A stretch of 64,000 nucleotides of DNA from Minisyncoccota bacterium (GCA_041660105.1 JBAZWZ010000001.1:64523-128522), one strand, 5' to 3'; shown: positions 47,141 to 56,684, counted from the first letter of the stretch. The notes: generated from the letters alone by a model not told the origin. Numbers and translations are program-made.

Positions 47141-48412
47141 TTAGTACTCGCGCATCGTAATCTGCGCATCAATCTTCTTCACAAGATCGAGAACTACAGA
47201 AACGATAATAAGGAGTGCGGTACCACCAATCGAGAGGCTCGCAATCTGTGTGAGGTTTTGCATTACGAGTGGCAATACTGCGATCAAGCCGAGGAACACT
47301 GCCCCCACGAGCGTGATGCGGGTAAGAATCTTCGCGAGATACTCTGCGGTAGGCACACCAGGACGAATACCAGGAATGAACGCGCCGTTCTTCTGAAGGT
47401 TGTTTGAGATAGCCTCAGGGTCAAATGTAACCGCTGTATAGAAGAATGTAAAGATAAACACGAGGATAAAGTAAAGTGCTCCGTTTACCCAGCCGTTTGC
47501 AAGAATCTTCTGAACAAAGAGTGCGACAGCTTGAACAGTACCGTTACTCATTGTTGAGAGTGCGTTGGCAATCACGGTTGGAAAAACCAAAATCGACATC
47601 GCGAAAATGATAGGGATAACTCCAGCCTGATTTACACGGAGAGGAAGGTAGGTCATCGTGCCACCTGTCGTGTGCCCTCCACGAACCTGCTTTGCATAGG
47701 TTACAGGCACGGGACGCTCTGCCTCAGTCATATAGACCACTGCCAAAATGAGGAGCACGGTCGATACGAGCGCAGCAAGGAGCACAGGAATCTGTGTTAC
47801 ATCAAATGTATAAATGAGTTCCCCAATTGCTGAAGGAATTCTCGAAACGATACCTGCGAAAATGATGAGAGAAACACCATTACCAATACCAAACTCTGAG
47901 ATGAGCTCGCCAATCCACATAAGGAGGATAGAACCTGCAGCTACGATAATAGTGTTCGTAAGAATCTCAAACGGAGTAAGCCCTGTGAGGATACCACGTT
48001 GCATCAAATATGCGAGGAGCCCATAAGCCTGAAGAAATGAGAGCGGGACAGCGAGCATGCGTGAGTACTGAGTCATCTTACGACGACCAATCTCCCCTTC
48101 CTCGGTCTGCATCTGCTTGATCTTTGGCGACATCATCGTCAAAAGCTGCATAATAATCGATGCGGTAATATATGGGCCAACGCCAGCCATCACGATAGAT
48201 ACTGCAGAAAGTCCACCTCCGGTGAGAAGGTTCAAAAATCCAAGCGCCTGATCGTTTGCGAGGAGTGCAGAAAGGTTTTGCCCCGCTGCTGCAGGAATAG
48301 GAATGTTCGCGAGCAAACGGAAGATTACGAGAGCACCGAGTACAAAGAGCACGCGATTACGCAATGTTGCGTCCTGCACAATCATCTTTAGCTTACGAAG
48401 TAGTGTTTCCAT
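47141..48412 (-). CDS. secY: Preprotein translocase SecY
   Basis: GVGPYITASII, GIGNGVSLIIFAGI, NQAGVIPIIFA, FIPGIRPG, GGTALLI. Confidence 0.98.
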   Translation of the reverse strand: METLLRKLKMIVQDATLRNRVLFVLGALVIFRLLANIPIPAAAGQNLSALLANDQALGFLNLLTGGGLSAVSIVMAGVGPYITASIIMQLLTMMSPKIKQMQTEEGEIGRRKMTQYSRMLAVPLSFLQAYGLLAYLMQRGILTGLTPFEILTNTIIVAAGSILLMWIGELISEFGIGNGVSLIIFAGIVSRIPSAIGELIYTFDVTQIPVLLAALVSTVLLILAVVYMTEAERPVPVTYAKQVRGGHTTGGTMTYLPLRVNQAGVIPIIFAMSILVFPTVIANALSTMSNGTVQAVALFVQKILANGWVNGALYFILVFIFTFFYTAVTFDPEAISNNLQKNGAFIPGIRPGVPTAEYLAKILTRITLVGAVFLGLIAVLPLVMQNLTQIASLSIGGTALLIIVSVVLDLVKKIDAQITMREY

Positions 48413-48458
48413 GGAATTTTGTATTTTCTTTAAGACTTTCGACTTTCAACTTTAAGAC

Positions 48459-48905
48459 TTACTTCACGCTTCCTCCAAGCTTCTCAACTGCGGCCTTTGC
48501 ACTCGCTGAAATCAAACATCCACGAATGTCGAGCTTCTTGTCAAACTCGCCTGATGCGAGAATCTTTACAATAGGAACCTTGTTCCCCCTCTTCTCTACG
48601 AGTGCGTGCTCAAGGAGAACCTTTGGCGTAACACGATCACCGTTCTTAAACTCAAGACTGAGAACGCCGAGATTGAGAACAATATAGTGAACTGACTCAG
48701 TCTTAAACTGATTGCGTGATACACCTTCTCCGCGGAGCTTTGGAAGCTTCTTGATGGTGTCGCGCATCTGAGGACGCTTGTGAGTATTGGAGCGTGCATT
48801 CTGACCCTTGGTACCACGACCAGATGTCTTGCCACGCTTTCCGCCACGTCCAACAACCTTCTTTACGGCGCGGGGTGTTCTTGTTTTTACTTCGTGTGCT
48901 TGCAT
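48459..48905 (-). CDS. rplO: 50S ribosomal protein L15
   Basis: VGRGGKRGKTSGRGTKGQ, LPKLRG, VKIL, VEKLGG. Confidence 0.96.
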   Translation of the reverse strand: MQAHEVKTRTPRAVKKVVGRGGKRGKTSGRGTKGQNARSNTHKRPQMRDTIKKLPKLRGEGVSRNQFKTESVHYIVLNLGVLSLEFKNGDRVTPKVLLEHALVEKRGNKVPIVKILASGEFDKKLDIRGCLISASAKAAVEKLGGSVK

Positions 48906-48922
48906 AATAGTATTGTTAAAAA

Positions 48923-49660
48923 TTACTTAGCTTCTACTGCTGCCACTACTTCTGCAGTTTCTGCTCCACCCTTAAGTCCTTTCAAACGGAGCTGCTGAAG
49001 TGCCTTCACGGTTGCGCGCGCATTGTTGAGCTTGTTCTTTGAACCAGACTGAATCTTCGCGCGAACGTTCTTGATACCAGCGAGCTCGAGTACGTTACGT
49101 ACTGAGCTACCTGCTACCATACCACGACCCTTTGCGGGCATAATCATAACCGTTGCTGAAGACTCCTTGGCCATAACTTCGTGAGGAATCATCATATCCT
49201 TGGTGAGGACAACTTTGATCATATTCTTCTTTGCGTTCTTTGTCGCCTTCTCAATAGCTGCTGCAGTATCTGCGGCCTTGCCGATACCTACTCCTACAGA
49301 ACCCTTACGGTTTCCTGCAACGAGTGCGACAGAAAATGCGAAACGACGTCCACCGGCAACCACACGGGTTACACGACGAATCTGAATGAGCTTGTTATCA
49401 AACTCTGGCTTGATGCGCTCGAAGCTACCTCCGCGTCCTCCGCGTGATGCGCCTCCTTTGCCGGCTCCTCCACGGCTTGCGCCTGCACCTGTCCTTGGAG
49501 CACCGCGACCAGCTGAGCCAGCAGGACCGCGACCTGTGCTTCCTCCACGCATCCCTGACGAACTGCCACCAAATGATGGACGTGATGAAGGAGTACGAGG
49601 AGCTGTTGTCGCAGCAGGTGCCTTTACTTCGGTATTCTGTGTTGTCGTTGTTTCTGTCAT
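48923..49660 (-). CDS. rpsE: 30S ribosomal protein S5 with long Gly/Arg-rich N-terminal extension
   Basis: RRVTRVVAGGRRF, VGVGIGKA, VLELAGI. Confidence 0.97.
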   Translation of the reverse strand: MTETTTTQNTEVKAPAATTAPRTPSSRPSFGGSSSGMRGGSTGRGPAGSAGRGAPRTGAGASRGGAGKGGASRGGRGGSFERIKPEFDNKLIQIRRVTRVVAGGRRFAFSVALVAGNRKGSVGVGIGKAADTAAAIEKATKNAKKNMIKVVLTKDMMIPHEVMAKESSATVMIMPAKGRGMVAGSSVRNVLELAGIKNVRAKIQSGSKNKLNNARATVKALQQLRLKGLKGGAETAEVVAAVEAK

Positions 49661-49675
49661 ATGATTATTAAAATA

Positions 49676-50026
49676 TTAGAACGCTAGGCCACCTTCGCGT
49701 GCACCCTCTGCGAATGCGCGAACACGGCCTGTGTAAATGAATCCACCGCGATCAAACACAACTGATGCAAGACCCTTTGCCTTTGCAGCCTTTGCGAGAG
49801 TCTCCCCTGCAACCTTTGCGCGCTCGGTCTTCGTCTTACCTTTCAATCCCATATCTGATACTGCTGCGAGCGTAGCACCCTTGGTGTCATCAATGATCTG
49901 AGCATAAATATAGCTGTTTGACTTGAAAATAGCGAGACGTGGGCGCTCTGAAGTTCCCGAAACCTTTGCTCGGATACGATTGTGGCGGCGTGTACGCTGT
50001 TCGCTTTTTGTTAGTTTAGTAGTCAT
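49676..50026 (-). CDS. rplR: 50S ribosomal protein L18
   Basis: [23 protein letters not shown]. Confidence 0.97.
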   Translation of the reverse strand: MTTKLTKSEQRTRRHNRIRAKVSGTSERPRLAIFKSNSYIYAQIIDDTKGATLAAVSDMGLKGKTKTERAKVAGETLAKAAKAKGLASVVFDRGGFIYTGRVRAFAEGAREGGLAF

Positions 50027-50032
50027 AGTGTT

Positions 50033-50121
50033 AGTTTATAAGGTTTTTAAAGTTTGTAAAGTTTGTAAAGTATTTAAAGTATTCGTATCCACTTTCGACT
50101 TTATGAACTTTATGAACTTTC
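50033..50121. repeat. Inverted nonamer repeat element (TAAAGTTTG)n / (ACTTTATGA)n
   Basis: About five degenerate 9-mers followed by three to four inverted units, between rplF and rplR. Confidence 0.7.
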
Positions 50122-50130
50122 TACTTGCCG

Positions 50131-50664
50131 TTAGGCCGACTTCTTACCCTGCTTGCGACGAATAACTTCAGTCGAGTAGCGAATACCCTTACCCTTGTAA
50201 GGCTCTGGCTTCTTCTTTGCACGAATCTGTGCAGCGAACTGCCCCACAGACTCCTTGTTGATTGATGAAAGTGTTAAGGTGTTCTTCTCAACCAATACTT
50301 TCACATCAGCAGGAACATTCATAGGAACCTTGTGTGAGAAACCGAGGCTGAATACGAGGACCGCTCCCTGTGGCTCAACCTTGTAACCAACTCCTTCGAT
50401 GATGAGCTTCTTTACGAATGCGGTGTTTACCCCGGCAACCATGTTCACGAGGTGTGATGCATAAGTACCCCAGAGTGCGCGAGCCTCCTTTGAATTATTC
50501 TTGGGAGTGAATGCGATGGTGCTTCCTTCTACTTTGATATCTACAGGGCCAGAGAAATCACGAGTGAGCTCGCCCAAAGGACCCTTCACGGTAAATACCG
50601 TGTCGTTTGAGGTGACGGTTGTGCCCGTCGGAATCGTTACGCCTTTTTTTCCAATTCTTGACAT
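50131..50664 (-). CDS. rplF: 50S ribosomal protein L6
   Basis: MSRIGK, VKGPLG, GVGYK, PEPYKGKGIRY. Confidence 0.97.
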   Translation of the reverse strand: MSRIGKKGVTIPTGTTVTSNDTVFTVKGPLGELTRDFSGPVDIKVEGSTIAFTPKNNSKEARALWGTYASHLVNMVAGVNTAFVKKLIIEGVGYKVEPQGAVLVFSLGFSHKVPMNVPADVKVLVEKNTLTLSSINKESVGQFAAQIRAKKKPEPYKGKGIRYSTEVIRRKQGKKSA

Positions 50665-50679
50665 AGAAGTATTTATTAA

Positions 50680-51069
50680 TTACCAGATCTTAAAGAGTGC
50701 CTCGCCGCCGACCTGCGACTTCCTAGCTTCGTTTCCTGACATAACTCCCTTTGGTGTTGACATAACCATCAAGCCAAAACCGTTCTTCACGGGCTTGATC
50801 TCGTCAACGCTCAAGTAGAAACGGCGTGAAGGCTTTGACATACGTGCAACATCTGCTACACGAGGAGTCTTGCCTTCGTAGGCGATTCCAACTTCGAGGG
50901 TCTTTTGAACCTTCTTACCTTTTTTTGCATACGAAGTAATATATCCTTCTGCAAAAAGAACTTTAGCGATAGCTTCTTTCAAGTTTGAGAAAGGCATCTC
51001 GACAATATCCTTGCCGGCGATACCTCCGTTCTTGATGCGAATAAGCATGTCTGCGATTGGGTCGTGCAT
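50680..51069 (-). CDS. rpsH: 30S ribosomal protein S8
   Basis: DPIADMLIRIKN, SKPSRR, STPKGV, VGGE. Confidence 0.97.
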   Translation of the reverse strand: MHDPIADMLIRIKNGGIAGKDIVEMPFSNLKEAIAKVLFAEGYITSYAKKGKKVQKTLEVGIAYEGKTPRVADVARMSKPSRRFYLSVDEIKPVKNGFGLMVMSTPKGVMSGNEARKSQVGGEALFKIW

Positions 51070-51081
51070 AATAGTGTTGAA

Positions 51082-51267
51082 TTACCAAGAAGACTTCTTA
51101 ACTCCAGGAATCTTGCCGTCGTTTGCAAGCTCACGGAAGCAAATACGACAGAGATCGAAGTCGCGCATGTAGCCACGACGACGGCTACAATTAAAACAAC
51201 GACGTACGATACGTGAACTAAATTTTGGCACCTTGTTGGCGCGCGCGGTTACTGATGTTTTAGCCAT
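51082..51267 (-). CDS. rpsN: 30S ribosomal protein S14 (Zn-binding type)
   Basis: RCFNCSR..LCRICFRELA..IPGVKKSSW. Confidence 0.96.
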   Translation of the reverse strand: MAKTSVTARANKVPKFSSRIVRRCFNCSRRRGYMRDFDLCRICFRELANDGKIPGVKKSSW

Positions 51268-51479
51268 AGTTAAATTAAAAATACCGAGGTTTCTGCCAAT
51301 ATCTCATGCAATTTCTTCTAAAGACCTTAGATCTGCAAAAGGAGATGCATGGATTGCTCAAAAACCCAGTAGACGCATACTATCATATGGGGGAATAATG
51401 TCAACATGGGGTATCCCGAGTTCAAGAAATAACAAAGTACCCACTGAATCATAAAGACTTCAGTGGGTACAGACACATA

Positions 51480-51752
51480 TTATGATATGTTTTTCCCAGA
51501 TATTTCATCCCTGCAAAAGAAAGAAAAATAAAGGGCGATTGGCCATAAAAAAACATACAACCATGCATAGCCAAATAGGTCCGTAGGAGAATCTTCTCCC
51601 CCGAGGGTATAGTTGAAACCACGTCCAGTATATTCCAGATACGTAGCATCGAAACCGTTCTTGCGAAGCTTGAGGCTAATTTTGATGACTTCGATGATAA
51701 AGAACAGCAACCCAATACCAATGTAGATAAATAGAACAAATTCGATTTTCAT
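51480..51752 (-). CDS. Two-TM hypothetical protein inserted in the spc operon
   Basis: GGGAG SD, TTGACA-N16-TATAAT promoter at ~51788-51815. Confidence 0.65.
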   Translation of the reverse strand: MKIEFVLFIYIGIGLLFFIIEVIKISLKLRKNGFDATYLEYTGRGFNYTLGGEDSPTDLFGYAWLYVFLWPIALYFSFFCRDEISGKNIS

Positions 51753-51975
51753 GAGCTTTCTCCCTGTTGATTATGAATCCTGATTACATTATACACAACT
51801 ATGCGTATTTGTCAACCCCCAAGTCTCCAACGCAGTAATGCAACCAAAAAGTCGTGAGCGAATCAGCTCACGACTTTTGTTCTGTATTTGTAATGAAGAA
51901 AAAGCGCAGGATTACCTGCGCCTTTTGTCTGCGTTAGACAAAATTGTGTTGCTCGCCTTCCCGAGACGGAAAAGT

Positions 51976-52281
51976 CTATCCCATCTTTTCGGCCAACACG
52001 GTATTGAATACTTTAAGATTATCCTCTAACTCAAAAGGATAATCCTTGAGATAGACTGCTTCGAGTTGTGCATAGAACTTCATCTTCACGCTTTGGTACC
52101 CTATCTCGGAGATAATTCGCGTGACTGGCTTCCCGTTAGAACAATGGAGACTGAAGAGAGTGTCCTTAATTTTCCCAAACACCTCACAATGATTCAGGAC
52201 TTCAATGCTAACTGGTGTTTTCTCGTACGTAACATGAATTCCTTCTTTCGTTGGTATTGTTGTAATGGTAATTACGGTCAT
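51976..52281 (-). CDS. Hypothetical protein inserted in the spc operon
   Basis: AAAGGGG SD, TTGCCA-N17-TAGTGT promoter, downstream hairpins. Confidence 0.6.
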   Translation of the reverse strand: MTVITITTIPTKEGIHVTYEKTPVSIEVLNHCEVFGKIKDTLFSLHCSNGKPVTRIISEIGYQSVKMKFYAQLEAVYLKDYPFELEDNLKVFNTVLAEKMG

Positions 52282-52422
52282 GATGACCCCTTTCAATATC
52301 AGTAATTGTCGGGACTGCTTCCTGTCACAACACTACTATGGATTTATTAAAATGGCAAGACTTATTCGGATAAGAAAAAAGGCGACCTACGGGTCGCCTT
52401 TTGATTCAAAGAAAAACAAGAT

Positions 52423-52593
52423 TTACATCCCCTGTGCAATCAGGATGTCGACGGGATCCATACTTGCCTGATCCGATTGAACCAACGCTTGCGCAACTTC
52501 ATCCCTCGTTAAACTTTGTGCTTTTTCAGCAGTGCTTCCATCGGTTGCTGATGAATTCACCAGATGAAACCCGTTATCATGTAAGCCTATCAT
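52423..52593 (-). CDS. 56-aa hypothetical protein inserted in the spc operon
   Basis: Below the ORF-track cutoff. TAAGGAG SD, MIGLHDNGFH...DPVDILIAQGM, terminator at 52376-52402. Confidence 0.55.
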   Translation of the reverse strand: MIGLHDNGFHLVNSSATDGSTAEKAQSLTRDEVAQALVQSDQASMDPVDILIAQGM

Positions 52594-52742
52594 ACCTTTG
52601 CTCCTTAATATACATTTACGATGTACTGCACCTTTTAGTCTTGGAGTTGTCCGCGACTAACTAGACAAAACTCTACTACTTTTGAAGAAAAAAGCAAGAC
52701 CCGTTTGCGCTTTGCGCAAACGGGTCTTGACTATGTTTTATA

Positions 52743-52862
52743 AAAAGTATTATTTCAGATGCAGTACGAGGCGCGAGGAATGTTTTCCGCTGGAGCCATA
52801 CTAATGTATGGTGACAAGGAAACATTCCGAGCAACGACGTAATGCGCTGAAATTATGCTTTT
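52743..52862. repeat. Long imperfect palindromic element (AGGCGC/CAACGA internal-loop family)
   Basis: AAAAGTATTATTTCAG/CTGAAATTATGCTTTT, GGAATGTTTTCC/GGAAACATTCC and apex CCATAC-TAAT-GTATGG. Confidence 0.85.
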
Positions 52863-53404
52863 TACTTAAAGGGGACGCCGAGAATGTCGAAAAATGCTGT
52901 CGCCTCCTTCTTGTTCTTTGCGGTCGTTACGATTGTAACTGCCAAACCGAAGAGGTCCTTTACATCTTCATCTGATACTTCAGGGAAGATTGTTTGCTCC
53001 TTCACACCGAGGGTAAGGTTACCCATCTCGTCGATACTCTTGCGGTCATAACCACGGAAGTCACGAGTACGAGGAATAGCAACATTGAAGAACTTGTCGA
53101 GGAAACCAGCCATACGTGCGCCACGGAGAGTTACGGCAACACCAATCTTGTCACCTTCACGGAGCTTGAATGCCGCGATTGACTTCTTTGCGGCACGGAG
53201 AGCAGGCTTCTGTCCGGTAATCTTCGTAAGACGACCCATCACCATGTCGTTGCGGTTCTTGTCCTTTGAGCGTCCGGTAGTTGCAGAAACAACAACCTTC
53301 ACGAGGCGAGGAGCTGCAAGCTTGGCCTTGTAACCAAACTCTGACTTCATCGCATCGAATGCGCCTGCTTGTCTCTCCTTAACTGATTTAAATGCTGATT
53401 TCAT
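52862..53404 (-). CDS. rplE: 50S ribosomal protein L5
   Basis: ITGQKP, KSIAAFKLREG, VTLRG, PRTRDFRG. Confidence 0.97.
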   Translation of the reverse strand: MKSAFKSVKERQAGAFDAMKSEFGYKAKLAAPRLVKVVVSATTGRSKDKNRNDMVMGRLTKITGQKPALRAAKKSIAAFKLREGDKIGVAVTLRGARMAGFLDKFFNVAIPRTRDFRGYDRKSIDEMGNLTLGVKEQTIFPEVSDEDVKDLFGLAVTIVTTAKNKKEATAFFDILGVPFK

Positions 53405-53423
53405 AATAATTTATATTAAAATA

Positions 53424-53732
53424 CTACTTGAGCTCTGAACCGCTCTTCTTGGCGATGCGAACATTCTTTCCGTCAATCAACTTCTTACCAACGCGTGTGC
53501 GAACACCCTTCTTTGGGTCGAGAATCATAACGTTTGATGCATTGATAGGCATTGCCTTCTCAACAATCTGGCCACTTGCGCCACGTGTACGTGCCTTCTC
53601 GTGAAGCTTTGAGATATTTGCCCCCTCTACAACCACGCGATTTACAGAAGGAAGAACCTCAAGGATTGTTCCTTTCTTCCCCTTATCCTTTCCTGTGATT
53701 ACAATCACGTTGTCTCCTTTTTTGAGTTTCAT
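53424..53732 (-). CDS. rplX: 50S ribosomal protein L24
   Basis: KKGDNVIVITGKDKGKKG, PINASNV. Confidence 0.97.
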   Translation of the reverse strand: MKLKKGDNVIVITGKDKGKKGTILEVLPSVNRVVVEGANISKLHEKARTRGASGQIVEKAMPINASNVMILDPKKGVRTRVGKKLIDGKNVRIAKKSGSELK

Positions 53733-53758
53733 AATGGTGTAGAGTTAATAAAATTTAA

Positions 53759-54130
53759 TTAAAGCACTTCTGGTGCGAGCGAACCAATCTTGTTGTAACC
53801 AAGCTCAGTAATCTCACGAGTGATGGGCCCGAAGATACGTGTTCCTTTTGCCTCCTTCTTTACCTTGTCGACACAAATAACTGCATTGTCATCGAAACGA
53901 ATATATGAACCATCCTTGCGACGATATGCATTACGGGTACGTACCACAAGACCAGTGAGAATATCCTTCTTCTTGACCTGCTTGCGGGGCTCTGCAACCT
54001 GTACTGAAAATACTACCAAGTCACCGATCATAGCGTAACGCTTCTTCGAGCTCCCGAGCACCTTGAACACGCGGCCGATCTTTCCTCCGGTGTTGTCAGT
54101 TATTTTTACGATTGTTTGTGGTTGAATCAT
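53759..54130 (-). CDS. rplN: 50S ribosomal protein L14
   Basis: MIQ..DNTG, RFDDNA, GTRIFGP, LAPEVL. Confidence 0.97.
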   Translation of the reverse strand: MIQPQTIVKITDNTGGKIGRVFKVLGSSKKRYAMIGDLVVFSVQVAEPRKQVKKKDILTGLVVRTRNAYRRKDGSYIRFDDNAVICVDKVKKEAKGTRIFGPITREITELGYNKIGSLAPEVL

Positions 54131-54161
54131 GGTAGTGTTGGTTAATAATTATGCAATCTTG

Positions 54162-54440
54162 TTATGCGGACTTCTTGCCGATAACTTTGAAAGACTTGTC
54201 CTTCGAGATTGGGCGACACTCTTCGATGGTAACCTTGTCCCCCATCTTGTATGCACCTTCCTCATCGTGAGCTTTGTACTTCTTTGAAATATTCATAAAC
54301 TTCCCATACTTTGGGTGCTTTACGAAACGATTTACGAGGACGGTTACGGTCTTCATCATCTTGTCAGAAACGACAGTCCCCTGGAGTTGCTTTCGTGTCG
54401 TGTTGCCACCTTTGCTAATTGTTTTTTTGGTTGTTTCCAT
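54162..54440 (-). CDS. rpsQ: 30S ribosomal protein S17
   Basis: [28 protein letters not shown]. Confidence 0.97.
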   Translation of the reverse strand: METTKKTISKGGNTTRKQLQGTVVSDKMMKTVTVLVNRFVKHPKYGKFMNISKKYKAHDEEGAYKMGDKVTIEECRPISKDKSFKVIGKKSA

Positions 54441-54447
54441 AATAATG

Positions 54448-54645
54448 TTATGCGGTTACTGACTTAGCGCGCACATTTTGCTCAGTGAGAATACGTGCGA
54501 TATCACGACGTACAAGCCCAGATGCCTTCACGTTTTTCTTTGCAGAACCTGCGAGGTCAAATCGTGATGCGCGAACAACCTCCCTCTTTTCATTCAAGAG
54601 TTTTACGAGATCTTCTGTTGTAGCTTTTTTAATTTCTTTCATCAT
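54448..54645 (-). CDS. rpmC: 50S ribosomal protein L29
   Basis: [10 protein letters not shown]; synteny. Confidence 0.92.
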   Translation of the reverse strand: MMKEIKKATTEDLVKLLNEKREVVRASRFDLAGSAKKNVKASGLVRRDIARILTEQNVRAKSVTA

Positions 54646-54707
54646 AGTGTTTATTGATTATGCCTAAACAAATTCTTCGAATTTGTCGGCCGACCGCCTG
54701 GGGCGGT

Positions 54708-55139
54708 TTAGGCAGTCTGTACGCGACGTACGATGCGTGTCTTTACGGGAAGCTTTGCGCCTGCCTTCTTGAGGGCCTTGATAGCAGTAGCCTCATCAAC
54801 ACCATCGACTTCAAAGAGCATACGTCCTGGACGAACTTCAAATACATATCCCTGGGGATCTCCTTTTCCTTTACCCATACCCATCTGTGCTGCCTTCTGT
54901 GTGTAAGGTCGGTCAGGGAAAATACGAATCCACATCTTGCCAACTTTGGTAATGGTGCGGACGATTGCCTTACGAGATGCCTCGATCTGGTTTGACTTGA
55001 TACGAGCAGGAGTCTCCGCCTTGAGTCCAAACGAACCAAACGCGAGGGTGATACCACGTGTCTCAGGAGCAGCGAGCTTGGCTTCACTCTTGCGAGCGTT
55101 CTGCCACTTTCGGTATTTTACTTTCTTTGGGAATAACAT
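54708..55139 (-). CDS. rplP: 50S ribosomal protein L16
   Basis: PKKVKYRK, QIEASR, WIRIFPD, MGKGKG, KLPVKT. Confidence 0.97.
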   Translation of the reverse strand: MLFPKKVKYRKWQNARKSEAKLAAPETRGITLAFGSFGLKAETPARIKSNQIEASRKAIVRTITKVGKMWIRIFPDRPYTQKAAQMGMGKGKGDPQGYVFEVRPGRMLFEVDGVDEATAIKALKKAGAKLPVKTRIVRRVQTA

Positions 55140-55154
55140 AGTAGTGTATTAAAA

Positions 55155-55844
55155 TTATGCTTCGTTGTTTACCACGAGCTTCTTCTTGCTGTCCGCAAAA
55201 ATCTGTCCCTTGTAAATCCAAACCTTAACGCCAATAGCTCCATAAGGAAGACGCGCAGTGTTCTTTGCGTAATCGATATCAGCGCGGAATGTCTGAAGAG
55301 GAATACCTCCGCGACGAATCTGCTCATAGCGTGCCATCTCAGCACCACCGAGGCGGCCAGAGATTGCAACACGTGCACCCTTCACATCGCGGTTTGCCAT
55401 CACCTTTTCAATAGTCTGCTTGAGAACCATACGGAAAGGAAGACGCTTCTCGAGACCTTCACATACCATCTCTGCTACGACAGCTGCGCTTGACTCAGGT
55501 GAACGAAGCTCCTCAATATCGAGCTTGAAGTCCTTGGGGATATCAAGCTTGAGACGTGATGCTTCTTTCAAAATATCATTCTTGAGCTTTACTGAGCCTT
55601 CTCCTGCGCGACCAATAACCATACCAGGGCGAGCAGTCTTGATGAGAATACGAAATGTCTTTGCGTTGCGCTCGATTTCTACGCCTGCGATATAGCTGCC
55701 ACGAAGACGCTTGTCGAGGAACTTACGGATGAGGATGTCAGCCTTGAGAGACTTGGTGTAGTCCTCATTTGTGCCAAACCAACGCGACTTCCAGTCACGG
55801 ATGATTCCCAAACGATGAGCATATGGATGTACGATGTGTGTCAT
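55155..55844 (-). CDS. rpsC: 30S ribosomal protein S3
   Basis: HP..RLGI..WKSRW, ARPGMVIG, SGRLGGAEMAR, RADIDY, GVKVWI. Confidence 0.97.
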   Translation of the reverse strand: MTHIVHPYAHRLGIIRDWKSRWFGTNEDYTKSLKADILIRKFLDKRLRGSYIAGVEIERNAKTFRILIKTARPGMVIGRAGEGSVKLKNDILKEASRLKLDIPKDFKLDIEELRSPESSAAVVAEMVCEGLEKRLPFRMVLKQTIEKVMANRDVKGARVAISGRLGGAEMARYEQIRRGGIPLQTFRADIDYAKNTARLPYGAIGVKVWIYKGQIFADSKKKLVVNNEA

Positions 55845-55845
55845 A

Positions 55846-56325
55846 TTATTTTGTGGTCTTTTTTACTACGGCTTTCTTTGCAACCTTTGGCTTTGCAGCG
55901 GCTTTTACCTTTGCAAGAGCAACCTTCTTTGAAACCTTCGGAGCCTCCTCTTCTGCCTTCTCAACTTTCTTTGATGCCAATTTTCTAGGAGTAACGTCAG
56001 CGCTCGCAATAAGCTCAATCATAATGTGACTGGTGTGCTTGTGAATAGGGTGCGCCGTGCCGTGTGACTTTGGCATTGAGCGCTTGAGGATAGTCCCCTG
56101 GTCAACACGAACTTCTTTTACAAAAAGGTCGATCATATCGATACCATCATTCTCCTTTGCATTTGCAACAGCAGACATCAAAAGCTTCTTCATTGGGCCT
56201 GATGCGCGCTTTGGCAAAACATCGAGCTCAACAAGAGCGCGAGGAACTGTTTTCCCTTTGATGAGGTTTGCCACAAGACGTACCTTTCGTGGTGCTTGGC
56301 GATAGCTTCTGAGGATTGCTTTCAT
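55846..56325 (-). CDS. rplV: 50S ribosomal protein L22 with Lys/Ala-rich C-terminal tail
   Basis: APRKVRLVA, SAVANA, TSHI. Confidence 0.96.
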   Translation of the reverse strand: MKAILRSYRQAPRKVRLVANLIKGKTVPRALVELDVLPKRASGPMKKLLMSAVANAKENDGIDMIDLFVKEVRVDQGTILKRSMPKSHGTAHPIHKHTSHIMIELIASADVTPRKLASKKVEKAEEEAPKVSKKVALAKVKAAAKPKVAKKAVVKKTTK

Positions 56326-56336
56326 GGTTAATTAAA

Positions 56337-56684
56337 TTATTTCTTCTTAGCTGCAGGGGTTTCTGCTTTAGCAGCCTTGGCAGCAGTGATTTCTGATTCT
56401 TTCTTCTTCTGCTCAAGCTCCTTCTGCATCTTACCTCCGTGTCGTACGAATTTCTTCGTAGGAGAAAACTCTCCGAGTCTGTGCCCTACCATATCTTCGG
56501 TCACGCGGACCTCGATATGAGTCTTACCGTTGTACACGCCAAAAAGGAATCCTACCATCTCTGGTGAAATCTGGCTTGAGCGAGCCCAAGTCTTAATCAT
56601 TTCTGCGGTTGAAGCGCTTTTACCAACAAGCTTCTTGAGAAGTGTCTCGTCAATAAATGGTCCTTTTTTGAGTGATCGTGTCAT
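56337..56684 (-). CDS. rpsS: 30S ribosomal protein S19
   Basis: RSLKKGPF, IKTWAR, MVGHRLGEFSPT. Confidence 0.97.
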   Translation of the reverse strand: MTRSLKKGPFIDETLLKKLVGKSASTAEMIKTWARSSQISPEMVGFLFGVYNGKTHIEVRVTEDMVGHRLGEFSPTKKFVRHGGKMQKELEQKKKESEITAAKAAKAETPAAKKK

